Positions 38,566 to 48,605 are shown, counted from the first letter of the stretch. The stretch: 64,000 bases of DNA from an uncultured bacterium (GCA_963836585.1 CAWIJV010000003.1:432761-496760), one strand, 5' to 3'. The notes: a model not told the origin generated them from the letters alone. Program-made: numbers and translations.

Positions 38566-39716
38566 CCTATGATTGCTCCGTGGCCACTCGGTCATTATAT
38601 ATCCATTGGCCGTTTTGCCCCTATAAGTGCCATTTTTGCCCGTTTGTTGCCATTGCCGGGCAAGACAGTTTTATGAAACAGTATCATGATATGCTTAAAC
38701 AGGAGATTATCCGCTATGCGTCTGCCAGTGCTACCAAGCAGCATCTGGATACTATCTTTATTGGTGGAGGGACCCCGAGCACCTGGCCCGATGACCTGCT
38801 ACTTGACACGTTTGGTACACTAGAAGATATGTTTAGTTTTGATGAGCAGACTGAAATTACTATTGAAGTAAACCCCGGCACGGTCCGAAAGGAACAATTG
38901 AGTATCTGGAAACAGGCAGGAATAAACCGGTTGAGCATAGGCGTACAAAGCCTCAAGGATTCTGTATTGAACAACTTAAATCGGAAACAGACCAGCGCTG
39001 ATGTTTTCTGGGTTATTGATCAGGCCAGCCGGCATTTTGATAATATTTCCGTTGATCTGATCCTGGGATTACCGGGAGTGAATCGGGAGGAATGGCATGA
39101 TTTGCTCGCCAAGGTGGTTACCTGGCCGATACAGCATGTCTCGGTCTATTTTCTGACGGTGCATGAAGAGACGCCGCTCTATTTTAGGGTGAAAAAGAGA
39201 GAGATTAGTTTGCATACTGATGAGCATATGGTCAATTTGTATAATGAGACAATCGGTTTTTTGGCGCAGCATGGGTTTGAGCAGTATGAAATTTCCAATT
39301 TTGCCAAAAAGGGTGCTCGATCACGGCATAATAGTATCTATTGGGAGCGTAAACCCTATAAAGGAGTTGGCTTGGGCGCCTGCTCATTTGATGGCAGCTC
39401 CCGATTTCAAAATCAAAAAAACTTATTGAAATATCTGCAAGCAATTAAAGAAGGGCAAGATGTAACTACATTTAGCGAGATGTTAACGCCCGCACAGGCG
39501 CACTTAGAGCGCATAATGCTCGGGTTACGGCGTGCGGAAGGAATTGACTATGAAACATTAGTAGAGGGTCTTGATCCGGAGCAATGTGCTGCGTTGGTGC
39601 AAACAGTACAATGCCTCAAAGAGAATAAATTTATTGTACAAAACAATAATCGAATAGTTTTAACAACGGCAGGATTAAGTGTGCAAAATGATATAGCAGC
39701 ACGCTTGAGCCTGTGA
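38562..39716 (+). CDS. hemW: radical SAM HemN-like protein (heme chaperone HemW family)
   Basis: CPYKCHFCPF radical-SAM cluster motif and a HemN C-terminal domain. Confidence 0.8.
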   Translation: MTYDCSVATRSLYIHWPFCPYKCHFCPFVAIAGQDSFMKQYHDMLKQEIIRYASASATKQHLDTIFIGGGTPSTWPDDLLLDTFGTLEDMFSFDEQTEITIEVNPGTVRKEQLSIWKQAGINRLSIGVQSLKDSVLNNLNRKQTSADVFWVIDQASRHFDNISVDLILGLPGVNREEWHDLLAKVVTWPIQHVSVYFLTVHEETPLYFRVKKREISLHTDEHMVNLYNETIGFLAQHGFEQYEISNFAKKGARSRHNSIYWERKPYKGVGLGACSFDGSSRFQNQKNLLKYLQAIKEGQDVTTFSEMLTPAQAHLERIMLGLRRAEGIDYETLVEGLDPEQCAALVQTVQCLKENKFIVQNNNRIVLTTAGLSVQNDIAARLSL

Positions 39717-39745
39717 TTTTTACGATATAAGGTGGGGATTTTCCT

Positions 39746-40210
39746 ATGGCAGCAAAACATATTGGTGTAAAACTTCCTGATGATCTGATTAGGGTCTTGA
39801 AGTTAGGGCAAACCGTTGCGGTTCTTTCAACATTCTCAGAAAAAGGATTACCGCATACTACGCCCATTCAGTGCATTTATCCAAAAGGCTTGGAGAGTAT
39901 TTTAATGTCGATAAACAAAGATCACACCGGTTACCATAATATGGTCTGGCAAAAAAAGGTGATGCTCTGTTTCTTGGATGAAGGCAATGTGGCCTATAGT
40001 GTTTTGGGCCGTGCTGGTGTGGTTCGAGCTCCATCTCTGGTTCATCCATTGATGAATATTGTTCGTATTGATATCATCGATATTAAAAGTGATAGGTCGG
40101 TACTCGCCCGTGTTGAATCGGGTGTGCGTTGGAGCTACACTTCATGGGAAGCTGAAGAACTTTCTAAAGCACTCATGAATGAATTGAAGGAACTTTCAGA
40201 GACATTGTAA
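39746..40210 (+). CDS. hypothetical protein, possibly pyridoxamine-5'-phosphate-oxidase-like split-barrel fold
   Basis: Weak pattern resemblance only. Confidence 0.3.
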   Translation: MAAKHIGVKLPDDLIRVLKLGQTVAVLSTFSEKGLPHTTPIQCIYPKGLESILMSINKDHTGYHNMVWQKKVMLCFLDEGNVAYSVLGRAGVVRAPSLVHPLMNIVRIDIIDIKSDRSVLARVESGVRWSYTSWEAEELSKALMNELKELSETL

Positions 40211-40234
40211 TTGTTCTGTGTAAAGGATTGTAAT

Positions 40235-41428
40235 ATGCAAAAGAAACTGATACTTGCATTAGTAATGAGTACCGGCATGAGTCTGCGAGCCGGTGAGGCG
40301 CCTGCGGTGACTCCCGAAGCAGTTCAACCGGCTAATGCGCCGGTTGATGAAAAAAAACCGGAAGTTGTTGAACAGCATACTGAAGTTACCACTCAACCGA
40401 TGCCGGTTGCCGAACCGGCAAAAGTAGAAGCTGCACCGATTGAGCAGTCGGTTGAGAAGCAACCGACTATAGAAGAGGCTATGCCCGCAGCTCCTGCTAC
40501 TGAGCAACCTGCTCCTGAAGAGCATCCTGAAGACTTAGAGATCAAAGGCATCGACACCGTTGATGTGGCTGAGCCAAAAGGAAACTGGCTCTATAAACGG
40601 ATCTGGTGGGAAAAGGCAGAGCGAACCTATGAAAAAATAAAGCAGTTAGCGGACAAAATTCTTGAATCGCGTATTGTTTATTATGCGCGCCGCACCGATC
40701 TTGATCGCAATACGCTTGATCCCTTTTATATGGGGCAAGGGTTTAGCCAAGGCGAGCTTTCTGAAGTGGTTACGTTTCTCACCGAGCAGTTGGGGCAAGA
40801 GCATAAAGAGGGCGCTTTGAATGAAAAAGAAAAAGATCTTCTGAGTGCGCTGGCTGAAGAAAAGAAAAACCTTGATCATTTGCAAAAGAATATCCAATCG
40901 ATTACCAATATTGATCATGCTCTGGATGACGCTCTTTTAAAGCTCAGTGAACAGCTCAATCAAGCGCGCTTTTATGAACAGCAAGCATGGGAAAGCTTTA
41001 AGGCGATCAATCGCGAACTGAGTGATAAAAAAGCGCGTGAGCTTTACTATGGTATGGATACGTATTGGCGCAATTTGAATAATATCAACTCATATATTTC
41101 AGGGCCATTCTCCCAATACTTTGATCAATTAGTTGATCGCGTGAAGGGTGAAGTTGAAAAGATTAAAACTACTATGGGTGGTCTAAAAGAAAAGGGCATC
41201 GATATTCAGCAGCAGGCCCAGAAGCTCAAAATGGGCAGAACTACTGAATCGGAAGAAGAAATGCCACAACCTGAAGCATCGAGTGGTTTCTTAGGCACTA
41301 TCTGGGGATATCTCAAAGCGCCCTTTGTGGCAATAGGCAATCTTTTGGGTGATGGCTTCAGCTGGATCACCGGCCTGTTTGGTGGCGGCAGCGAAGAGAT
41401 TAGTCTCGCGCGGCCCGAAAAGCCTTAA
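40235..41428 (+). CDS. secreted acidic Pro/Glu-rich coiled-coil protein
   Basis: Signal peptide MQKKLILALVMSTGMSLRA, a PEx-rich low-complexity region, and heptad-rich segments. Confidence 0.5.
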   Translation: MQKKLILALVMSTGMSLRAGEAPAVTPEAVQPANAPVDEKKPEVVEQHTEVTTQPMPVAEPAKVEAAPIEQSVEKQPTIEEAMPAAPATEQPAPEEHPEDLEIKGIDTVDVAEPKGNWLYKRIWWEKAERTYEKIKQLADKILESRIVYYARRTDLDRNTLDPFYMGQGFSQGELSEVVTFLTEQLGQEHKEGALNEKEKDLLSALAEEKKNLDHLQKNIQSITNIDHALDDALLKLSEQLNQARFYEQQAWESFKAINRELSDKKARELYYGMDTYWRNLNNINSYISGPFSQYFDQLVDRVKGEVEKIKTTMGGLKEKGIDIQQQAQKLKMGRTTESEEEMPQPEASSGFLGTIWGYLKAPFVAIGNLLGDGFSWITGLFGGGSEEISLARPEKP

Positions 41429-41474
41429 AAGGTTTGATTAGCGCCTTTTTTTATGCTACATTTCTCCCTTGTAC

Positions 41475-41558
41475 GCCGAGGTGGTGAAACTGGTATACAC
41501 ACAGCCTTGAGGTGGCTGCGGGAGAAATCCTGTAGGGGTTCGAGTCCCCTCCTCGGCA
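41475..41558 (+). tRNA. tRNA-Leu (anticodon GAG)
   Basis: GCCGAGG acceptor, anticodon loop TTGAGGT, long variable arm, T-loop GGTTCGAGTCC. No CCA. Confidence 0.8.
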
Positions 41559-41597
41559 ATTCATAAATTCTGAAATAATCGTTACCGTAGTAAGGAG

Positions 41598-43181
41598 TTG
41601 CTCGCTATGATCGCTTCCCGCAACAGTTTATTTTCCTGGTTTTCTTTTTGGATAATTCTTGCCATTCTCTTTTGTTATCTGCTCTGGCCACTGCGCAAAA
41701 CGTTGCGCTACGGCATCGATCTGGTGGGTGGCAGTTACATCACTTTAGAAGTGCAAACCGATAAAGCAATTGAGACTGAGCTGCTTTCTAAATTACAAGC
41801 AATTTCCAATCGCTTAAAAGAGACGGGCAAAGAAATGCCGACCGCTAAATCGGTTGAGCAGGGAAAAATTATGCTCACCTTTGCTTCTGCTGCCGCTGCG
41901 CAAAATGCTGCGCAACTGATTCAAGCGCAAGAAAAAGAGTTAGTGATTGCAACTTCAAATCAAATAGTCACGCTCAGCTTGCCCGATCGTGTTGCTTCAC
42001 GCATTAAAGAAGATGCGGTGAGCCGTAACGTTGAAGTGCTGCGCACCCGCTTGAACAAATTAAGTGTGGAAGAAATTACCATCGCTGCTCAAGGTGAAAA
42101 AAATATCATTGTTGAGTTGCCGGATGTTTCAGATCCACAGCAAGCCAAAGAGATGATCGGTAAAGCGGCACTGCTAGAATTTAAATTAGTGCAAAAAGTC
42201 GGCAGAACTCCTGAAGATATTCTCTATGAGTTGGATGGCATTTTGCCCGGTGACATGGAGATTCTCCCGAGCCAAGATCAGACCGATGGCAAACCAAATC
42301 AATATTTCCTGGTATCCAAATTTTCTGAAGTTAGTGGCAAAGATCTGCGCGATGCACGCGCCCGTTTGGGCGATCGTGCCTCCGTGGTGGTTGAATTTAG
42401 TGCCTCCGTGGTGGTTGAATTTAGATTCACCTCCGAAGGCGGCGATAAATTTTATGATCTGACCAGCAAAAATATTAATCGTCCGCTGGCAGTAGTGCTG
42501 GATGGGGTGGTGATCACGGCGCCGAATATCAATTCTGCTATTCGCCATGAAGGTGTGATCCAAGGCAAATTTACTCCCGATGAGGCAAAGCAGTTGGCGC
42601 TCTTGCTTAAATCGGGTGCGTTTGTGGCTCCGGTCACCTTTGAAGAAGAACGGCAAATTGGCCCGGCTCTGGGTGCTGAATCGATCCGGCAGGGGCTGAT
42701 CTCATGCTTGGTGGGCTTGGGCCTGATTTTTTTGTTTAGTCTCTTTTTCTATAGCCTGTGTGGGCTTCTGGCCTTTATCACGTTGCTTTATAACTTACTC
42801 TTGATCTTGGTGGCAATGTCATGGCTGAGCGCTACGCTCACGCTGCCGGGGATTGCCGGCTTGGTACTCACCATCGGTATGGCAATCGACTCCTCAATTC
42901 TCATCTATGAACAAATTAAAGAAGGATTGGCGCACGGCTTGAGCATTCGCAAAGCGGTAGAAAATGGCTTCTCTGATGCGCTTGTGGTGATTCTGGATGC
43001 CAATATTACCACCTTTATTGTAGGCGCCGTGCTTTACTATTTTGGCACCGGCCCGATCCGCGGATTTGCGGTCACCATGATGCTGGGTATTATTTCTACC
43101 CTGATCACCGGTCTGTTTTTCCTCAAATCGATGTTTAGCTTCATTTTGAACCGTTTTAATGTTCAAAAACTAAGAATTTAG
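41598..43181 (+). CDS. secD: protein translocase subunit SecD
   Basis: YGIDLVGGSY, IVELPDV, LEFKLV, and a C-terminal 6-TM region ending NRFNVQKL. No secF is adjacent. Confidence 0.8.
   Translation: MLAMIASRNSLFSWFSFWIILAILFCYLLWPLRKTLRYGIDLVGGSYITLEVQTDKAIETELLSKLQAISNRLKETGKEMPTAKSVEQGKIMLTFASAAAAQNAAQLIQAQEKELVIATSNQIVTLSLPDRVASRIKEDAVSRNVEVLRTRLNKLSVEEITIAAQGEKNIIVELPDVSDPQQAKEMIGKAALLEFKLVQKVGRTPEDILYELDGILPGDMEILPSQDQTDGKPNQYFLVSKFSEVSGKDLRDARARLGDRASVVVEFSASVVVEFRFTSEGGDKFYDLTSKNINRPLAVVLDGVVITAPNINSAIRHEGVIQGKFTPDEAKQLALLLKSGAFVAPVTFEEERQIGPALGAESIRQGLISCLVGLGLIFLFSLFFYSLCGLLAFITLLYNLLLILVAMSWLSATLTLPGIAGLVLTIGMAIDSSILIYEQIKEGLAHGLSIRKAVENGFSDALVVILDANITTFIVGAVLYYFGTGPIRGFAVTMMLGIISTLITGLFFLKSMFSFILNRFNVQKLRI
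42377..42424 (+). repeat. perfect 24-bp tandem duplication inside secD (duplicates SASVVVEF)
   Basis: tgcctccgtggtggttgaatttag occurs twice consecutively. Confidence 0.9.
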
Positions 43182-43206
43182 TGCTATATTTGAAATAATA
43201 AATTTT

Positions 43207-43280
43207 GGCTACGTAGCTCAGCTGGTTAGAGCGGCGGAATCATAATCCGTAGGTCCGGGGTTCGAGTCCCTGCGTAGCCA
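43207..43280 (+). tRNA. second tRNA with CAT anticodon (Met/Ile2)
   Basis: GGCTACGTAGCTCAGCTGGTTAGAGCGGCGGAATCATAATCCGTAGGTCCGGGGTTCGAGTCCCTGCGTAGCCA. Confidence 0.8.
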
Positions 43281-43296
43281 ATAAAAGCGAAGCCTC

Positions 43297-45033
43297 ATGA
43301 AGTTTTCTTCTGTTTCCGATTCATTTTTTCATATCGAACAAGTCAGCTCCCGCTTGGAGATGACCCGCATGCTGGCCGATTTGCTGAGCACAGCAAACAG
43401 CAATGAGGCAGATATTATCTGCAATCTGGCCCTCGGGCAGTTGCATCCTCCCTATATCGGCACCCAATTCAATTTAGCAGAAAAAAATGTCGCCAAGGCG
43501 CTCGCGCATCTTTTGGATCTTACTGAGCAGGCGGTGGGCGAGCGAGCAAAAAAGCGGGGCGATCTAGGATTAGTGATTGATGAAGATGCCTGGAGGCCAA
43601 AAGATGATTTAACGGTGCTGCAAGTATATAAAGCGCTGTGTAGCATCGAAGAAATTTCGGGTACCGGCTCGCAAGAAGAAAAAATCCAAGAGCTGGTGGC
43701 CCTTCTGCAAAAATTAGATCCGCTCTCTGCTCGGTATGTGGTGCGCATTATTATTGGCAAGCTGCGCATGGGATTTTCTGATATGACAATCGTCGATGCG
43801 CTTTCCTGGATGATCACCGGCGATAAATCGCTGCGCGATAGCATCGAAAATGCGTATAATATCTGTGCCGATATTGGCATGATCGCTCGAGAGCTCAAAG
43901 AAAACGGCATTGCAAAAATTAAACAAGCGCATCCCCAAGTAGGCATTCCCATTATTCCCGCAGCTGCAGAACGATTGCCGACACCCAAAGCGATTATAGA
44001 AAAAATCGGCCCGTGCATTGCGCAGCCAAAGCTGGACGGATTTCGGTTACAAATTCATGTCGATACAACGAGTGCGCAACCCAAGATTCATTTCTTTTCT
44101 CGTAATTTGCAAGATATGTCTGCTATGTTTCCTGATTTAAAAGAAGCATTCCAAACGTTGCCAGTAAAATCACTCATTTGTGAAGGTGAGGCGATCGTGT
44201 ATGATCCAAACACCGGCACCTTCTCTAAATTTCAAGAAACGGTAAAACGCAAACGCAAGCACGGCATCGAAGAAGCGATCAAAGAATTTCCGTTGCAAGT
44301 GTTTATTTTTGATATTATGTATCTGAATGGCAAAGATCTTATGGGCCTTGGCCATGAGGAGCGTCGCGCGCAGGTGCTCAAAGTTTTTGACGATCGCAAT
44401 CCGCTGATTAAAGTGATCGAAGAAAAAAAAGTGGAGACGGCTGCGCAGCTGGAAAATTACTTCAATCAAAATATCGCCGCGGGCCTGGAAGGCCTCGTAG
44501 TCAAGCGGCCGGATGCCATCTATCAGCCGGGCAAGCGCAATTTTAACTGGATCAAATTAAAACGGACCGAAGAAGGCCAGCTGGAAGATACCATGGACTG
44601 CGTAATCCTGGGCTATTACGCCGGTGAAGGCAAGCGGGTGCATTTTGGGGTCGGTGCATTTTTGGTGGGTGTTTATAATCCCAAAGAGGATCGTTTTGAA
44701 ACGGTGGCAAAGATTGGCACCGGACTCAAAGATGAAGATTGGAAAGAGCTCAAGCAAAAATGTGATGCGATCAAAATGGTTCACCAACCTAAAAATGTTG
44801 TCTGCGCTAAAGAGCTGTATCCGGATGTCTGGGTGGATCCTGAAATTGTCTGCGCAATACGTGCGGATGAGATCACCGTATCGCCGCTGCACTCGGCAGC
44901 AAAAACAGAATCGGCTCTCGGGTATGCGTTGCGCTTTCCACGCTTCATGGGATACCGCACGGATAAAAGCGCCAATGAGGCAACCACGGTGCATGAAGTA
45001 CAGCGGTTGTATCAAGATCAGTTTGTGAAATAA
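43297..45033 (+). CDS. ATP-dependent DNA ligase
   Basis: Adenylation motif I KLDGFR, motifs EGLVVK and KxK, DNA-binding N-terminal domain. Confidence 0.8.
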   Translation: MKFSSVSDSFFHIEQVSSRLEMTRMLADLLSTANSNEADIICNLALGQLHPPYIGTQFNLAEKNVAKALAHLLDLTEQAVGERAKKRGDLGLVIDEDAWRPKDDLTVLQVYKALCSIEEISGTGSQEEKIQELVALLQKLDPLSARYVVRIIIGKLRMGFSDMTIVDALSWMITGDKSLRDSIENAYNICADIGMIARELKENGIAKIKQAHPQVGIPIIPAAAERLPTPKAIIEKIGPCIAQPKLDGFRLQIHVDTTSAQPKIHFFSRNLQDMSAMFPDLKEAFQTLPVKSLICEGEAIVYDPNTGTFSKFQETVKRKRKHGIEEAIKEFPLQVFIFDIMYLNGKDLMGLGHEERRAQVLKVFDDRNPLIKVIEEKKVETAAQLENYFNQNIAAGLEGLVVKRPDAIYQPGKRNFNWIKLKRTEEGQLEDTMDCVILGYYAGEGKRVHFGVGAFLVGVYNPKEDRFETVAKIGTGLKDEDWKELKQKCDAIKMVHQPKNVVCAKELYPDVWVDPEIVCAIRADEITVSPLHSAAKTESALGYALRFPRFMGYRTDKSANEATTVHEVQRLYQDQFVK

Positions 45034-45049
45034 ATGGTTTAAATAAAAT

Positions 45050-45082
45050 AAAAAGACGCCGAACAAATTCGGCGTCTTTTTA
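45050..45082. terminator. bidirectional intrinsic terminator between ligase gene and convergent gene
   Basis: gacgccgaa-caaa-ttcggcgtc flanked by A5 and T5 runs. Confidence 0.65.
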
Positions 45083-45097
45083 TTTTATATTGTAAGC

Positions 45098-45700
45098 TTA
45101 CTTCAGTTTTGCTATCGCTTTATCAACATAGAAGCGTGCAACTTCATTGCGAGCTTGGGTGTACAGTTCGCCTTCAGTGACACCTTGAGGCAACAGCTCC
45201 TCAACATTTGATTCGCCCAACAGCCACAGTATTGCTGCAACTATTTCTTCACGAGCGAGTGTTACTGCGCCATGAACCACCATGTCACCAGTAGCTTTTT
45301 GGTGAATCAGATCATGGAACACAACGAGTGCTACTTCCAAGAATTGATCGGTATTTAATACCGTTACTTCGCCGGCAGATGGCAGTTGTACTGAGAAGTT
45401 GATGGCATCATGGAGGAAGAGGCGGTTGATTACATATTTGGTAACAAACTTCTTCCATCGCGCTTTATAATCGAATGAACAGTTTGGTAAATCAGGCAAA
45501 ATTTCTTTGCCAACCAAGTATCCTAATAAGACACTGCAATCTTCTGAATTAGCAACAAGTTTGCTATTCGCGGCGCGGCAATCGCATGCTGAGCCAAGCA
45601 GTGCCAGGTCACTTTGGTTTACGCGGTCACAGGTGGCATATGTGGCATATGGCAAACTCGATAGTAAGAGTGCAATTGCCATGGTGAAACGTGAATTCAT
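45098..45700 (-). CDS. hypothetical secreted protein
   Basis: Signal peptide. No recognised motif. Confidence 0.4.
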   Translation of the reverse strand: MNSRFTMAIALLLSSLPYATYATCDRVNQSDLALLGSACDCRAANSKLVANSEDCSVLLGYLVGKEILPDLPNCSFDYKARWKKFVTKYVINRLFLHDAINFSVQLPSAGEVTVLNTDQFLEVALVVFHDLIHQKATGDMVVHGAVTLAREEIVAAILWLLGESNVEELLPQGVTEGELYTQARNEVARFYVDKAIAKLK

Positions 45701-45900
45701 GAATGTCTCCTTACATGAATATGTGTATTACAATTCTTTGGCCATTCTAATATCAAATCGGAAGCTTTGTCAAACTTCGGTTGTCACTGAATTTGCAGAT
45801 GCTTATTACCACGATGTTTTTTGCAAATAGTTCATCAGAAGAATATACTTTCTATTATTGTCTATCGCACAAAATTTATTTGCACATTCCGGGAACAACT

Positions 45901-46491
45901 ATGAATAGATTATCTTTACTCGCATTAACCATCATTTCCAGTTCACCTCTATTTGCTATGCAACCAGTGCAGTCACCTCAAGAATTAACAAGGCAATTGC
46001 AAATATTAGTGAATAGATGTTCCAGAGGGGAGTTTAATGTTCAAGAAATGGAGAAGCTCATTCTTGCAGGGGCAGATCCAAATGTTCGTCTTGCTGATGG
46101 AGAGTATACCGGATGCACCGCATTGTGGTTTGCGGTAAAAGAAGCGGGAATTCTTTCTGATTTTTATCAGTTTTTACTCGAGCATAACGCGAATCCCAAT
46201 ATTCCCGATTCTTATGGAAAATTTCCTTTGCAAATCGCTACCAGAGATGGTCATTATGCGGTAGTTCAGAAATTAATTGAATATGGCGCTGATGTTAGTC
46301 GCGGAATCCTAAAACCATTATTTATTGCTGCTGCTCATAGGCGTTTCAATATCATAGAACTTTTCCTTGATAATGGGGCCGGCGAAGATATAGTGGTTCC
46401 TGATAATGAGGGCAATACTGCTTTGAGTGGAGCAAAGAGATATGGAGGGGAAGAGGCTGTCAAATTGCTCAAGGTGCGAAAGATAGCATAA
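45901..46491 (+). CDS. signal-peptide ankyrin-repeat protein
   Basis: Repeated GADPN / TALWFAV / LLEHNANPN / ATRDGHYAVVQKLIEYGADV ankyrin consensus. Confidence 0.75.
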   Translation: MNRLSLLALTIISSSPLFAMQPVQSPQELTRQLQILVNRCSRGEFNVQEMEKLILAGADPNVRLADGEYTGCTALWFAVKEAGILSDFYQFLLEHNANPNIPDSYGKFPLQIATRDGHYAVVQKLIEYGADVSRGILKPLFIAAAHRRFNIIELFLDNGAGEDIVVPDNEGNTALSGAKRYGGEEAVKLLKVRKIA

Positions 46492-46497
46492 ATTTTT

Positions 46498-46710
46498 TCA
46501 GAATATTTCGGGTGCTTTTTTTGCAAAAGCTAAACAGGCATAAATATCATTTTTTTGTAAATGAGGATAATCTTCTAAAATTTCTGGAATTGTGATGCCT
46601 TGAGCCAGAAGATCCAAAATATGCTCGACGGTAATTCTAGTACCCTTGATGATAGGTTTGCCGACCATGATTTCAGGGTTGATCACAATTCTCTCGGTGA
46701 GATCATTCAT
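46498..46710 (-). CDS. DUF433-family small protein (second copy in window)
   Basis: INPEIMVGKPIIKGTRITVEHILDLLAQG is nearly the same motif as the 1576-1824 protein. Confidence 0.7.
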   Translation of the reverse strand: MNDLTERIVINPEIMVGKPIIKGTRITVEHILDLLAQGITIPEILEDYPHLQKNDIYACLAFAKKAPEIF

Positions 46711-47144
46711 ATTATTTCGTCGAGAGTATCGACTATTTCCGGATGATAACTGGTTAGTTGTAAGATGAGTGATACCAGTTCTTGTTTTGGTTGGCGGATA
46801 AGTTTTCTTTCGATTTTGTCATACGCTTCTGTGCGCTCAAAATATTCTTCGGATGGTTTATATTGATTACCTGATTTCTGGTGTGCTATCAGCGCAAAGC
46901 CGGTAGCGGCTAAATGTTTGCATGGACCAAACTCAATGAATGCTACACAACTACAGTGGCCGGAAAGTTTGCGTTTCTTTCGCGTTAAAGAAATGCGGTA
47001 TATGCTGCTTCCTGCTGCGCGTGCAGTGACTTTCTCATCTTCTATTTTTAGCAGTTCGATAAGCCCTTCTTTAAAGTATGTCTTGCCACGTGATAGATAG
47101 GGTTCGCCAATAAAATAGGTGAGTTCTTTTTCGGAGATTTCCAC
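46707..47144 (-). CDS. small SWIM zinc-finger-like protein overlapping the DUF433 gene by 4 nt
   Basis: CSCVAFIEFGPCKH matches the SWIM CxCxnCxH pattern. ATGA start/stop overlap with the downstream gene. Confidence 0.5.
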   Translation of the reverse strand: MEISEKELTYFIGEPYLSRGKTYFKEGLIELLKIEDEKVTARAAGSSIYRISLTRKKRKLSGHCSCVAFIEFGPCKHLAATGFALIAHQKSGNQYKPSEEYFERTEAYDKIERKLIRQPKQELVSLILQLTSYHPEIVDTLDEII

Positions 47145-47153
47145 AGTGTTGCC

Positions 47154-47777
47154 TTACTTATTACACAAATTATAAAAATATTCGGCTTCTTGTGCCGGAT
47201 CGTCAGCATCCAAGATGCTTTTGCCGATCACGATGCCATCCGGTTTGATGTTGAGAATATTAAAGATCGATGTGCGATTGATTTTGGCGGAGACAAAGAC
47301 CGGCAGCGGCGTGTTGCCGCGTACCATTTCCCATTTATCCAGTAAAATTAAGGCATCTTTTTCATCATAGGCTTGATGAAACAAGAGCGCATCCACGCCC
47401 AGATTTTTAGCATCGAGGGCCGATTGGCCCAGTGAACCGGTATCCACCAGATCGAGCATCACTTTCATATTGCATTGGTGCGCCATCGTGGCAGCAGAGT
47501 GAATCACCTCTTTACCCGTGCCTGCCATCACCGTGATCCAATCAGCGCCGGCCGCGCCGATAATTGCGGTGGCCTCTTTGCCCCGATCGATTATTTTTAC
47601 ATCGGCGAGAATAGTATGCTTGGGAAATTCGTGGCGAAATCGTTCAATTGCTTTTACGCCATGTTTGTAAATCAGCAAGGTGCCTACTTCTAAGATATCA
47701 CTGTGCTCTGCCACTTTCTGTGCCAGCTCTATGGCTGTATCAAGATCAGTAATATCAAAAGCAATCTGAAGTTTCAT
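47154..47777 (-). CDS. OMP-decarboxylase-fold enzyme of the 3-hexulose-6-phosphate synthase / 3-keto-L-gulonate-6-P decarboxylase family
   Basis: MKLQIAFD...ILEVGT...ADVKIID pattern of HPS/KGPDC. Confidence 0.65.
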   Translation of the reverse strand: MKLQIAFDITDLDTAIELAQKVAEHSDILEVGTLLIYKHGVKAIERFRHEFPKHTILADVKIIDRGKEATAIIGAAGADWITVMAGTGKEVIHSAATMAHQCNMKVMLDLVDTGSLGQSALDAKNLGVDALLFHQAYDEKDALILLDKWEMVRGNTPLPVFVSAKINRTSIFNILNIKPDGIVIGKSILDADDPAQEAEYFYNLCNK

Positions 47778-47837
47778 CTTCTTGGTTCCTTTTAAGATTC
47801 AGTTACTATGCCGCTTAGAAAGTTATAGCTTCTTTTC

Positions 47838-48548
47838 CTAATATGTCAAATGACTACTGAGGCGATCTTTGCCATTTTTATACTGAGGAATTATGCCACC
47901 AAAATAAAGCGAGAGATTGAGAATATAGAGTGCTTCGCCGGCTAAGTCAAACCCTTGTTTGATATATACTGAGGGCAAGATCAAGTGCGGTGATTCTTTC
48001 ATGAGGCTAACTCCCAGGGGCACGTAGACATACTGCGGATCGGCAAATATTGCCATCGATTCAAGCGGAATGATGTTGTGATTAGGGATCGGTTCTTGAG
48101 TGGCTTGCCAATAATAAACCTTAAATTCCGCATCATACAGTTCTTCAAATTTGTAAACGGCCACCGGTTCACCTTCTTCAAGTTCCCAGTGGTGAATAGT
48201 ATTGCCGGCCATAACAATTGGTGTCATCTTAGTGGTAACAATCAGATAAATAAACGGTTTGGTATGCTTGCGGGGAAAAGAAAGTTCTCCCATGGCGCTA
48301 GAAACTTCTAAGAATCCGCCGTAGGTGGCAAAAATTCCGCCCAGGGATGATTCAAAAAGTTTTTTGGTGCAGTAGTGGTTGAATGTGCCCGGCTTGTGGA
48401 GGCTGCCCGAAATTTTTGCGCATTCCTGGGTGGCAGAGGCGAGTGGATAGGGTTTGAGAAATTCTACAATCAACTGCTCACCGTTACTGCTGGGCATCCA
48501 TAAAAAAAGTGCTAAAATAAAGAATAATGATGTAAAAAAAATCTTCAT
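47838..48548 (-). CDS. hypothetical secreted protein
   Basis: Signal peptide MKIFFTSLFFILALFLWMPSSNG. Confidence 0.4.
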   Translation of the reverse strand: MKIFFTSLFFILALFLWMPSSNGEQLIVEFLKPYPLASATQECAKISGSLHKPGTFNHYCTKKLFESSLGGIFATYGGFLEVSSAMGELSFPRKHTKPFIYLIVTTKMTPIVMAGNTIHHWELEEGEPVAVYKFEELYDAEFKVYYWQATQEPIPNHNIIPLESMAIFADPQYVYVPLGVSLMKESPHLILPSVYIKQGFDLAGEALYILNLSLYFGGIIPQYKNGKDRLSSHLTY

Positions 48549-48605
48549 ACGATCTCTCCACGTTATGCTTATACTAACCTTAGCAAAATAATAGGAACTA
48601 AATCT

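Noticed and set aside
29154-43280. Assigning one of the two CAT-anticodon tRNAs as initiator tRNA-fMet
   Set aside because: Both have a paired 1:72 position and neither shows the three consecutive G:C pairs in the anticodon stem. Cannot discriminate Met elongator from lysidine-Ile2 from sequence alone.
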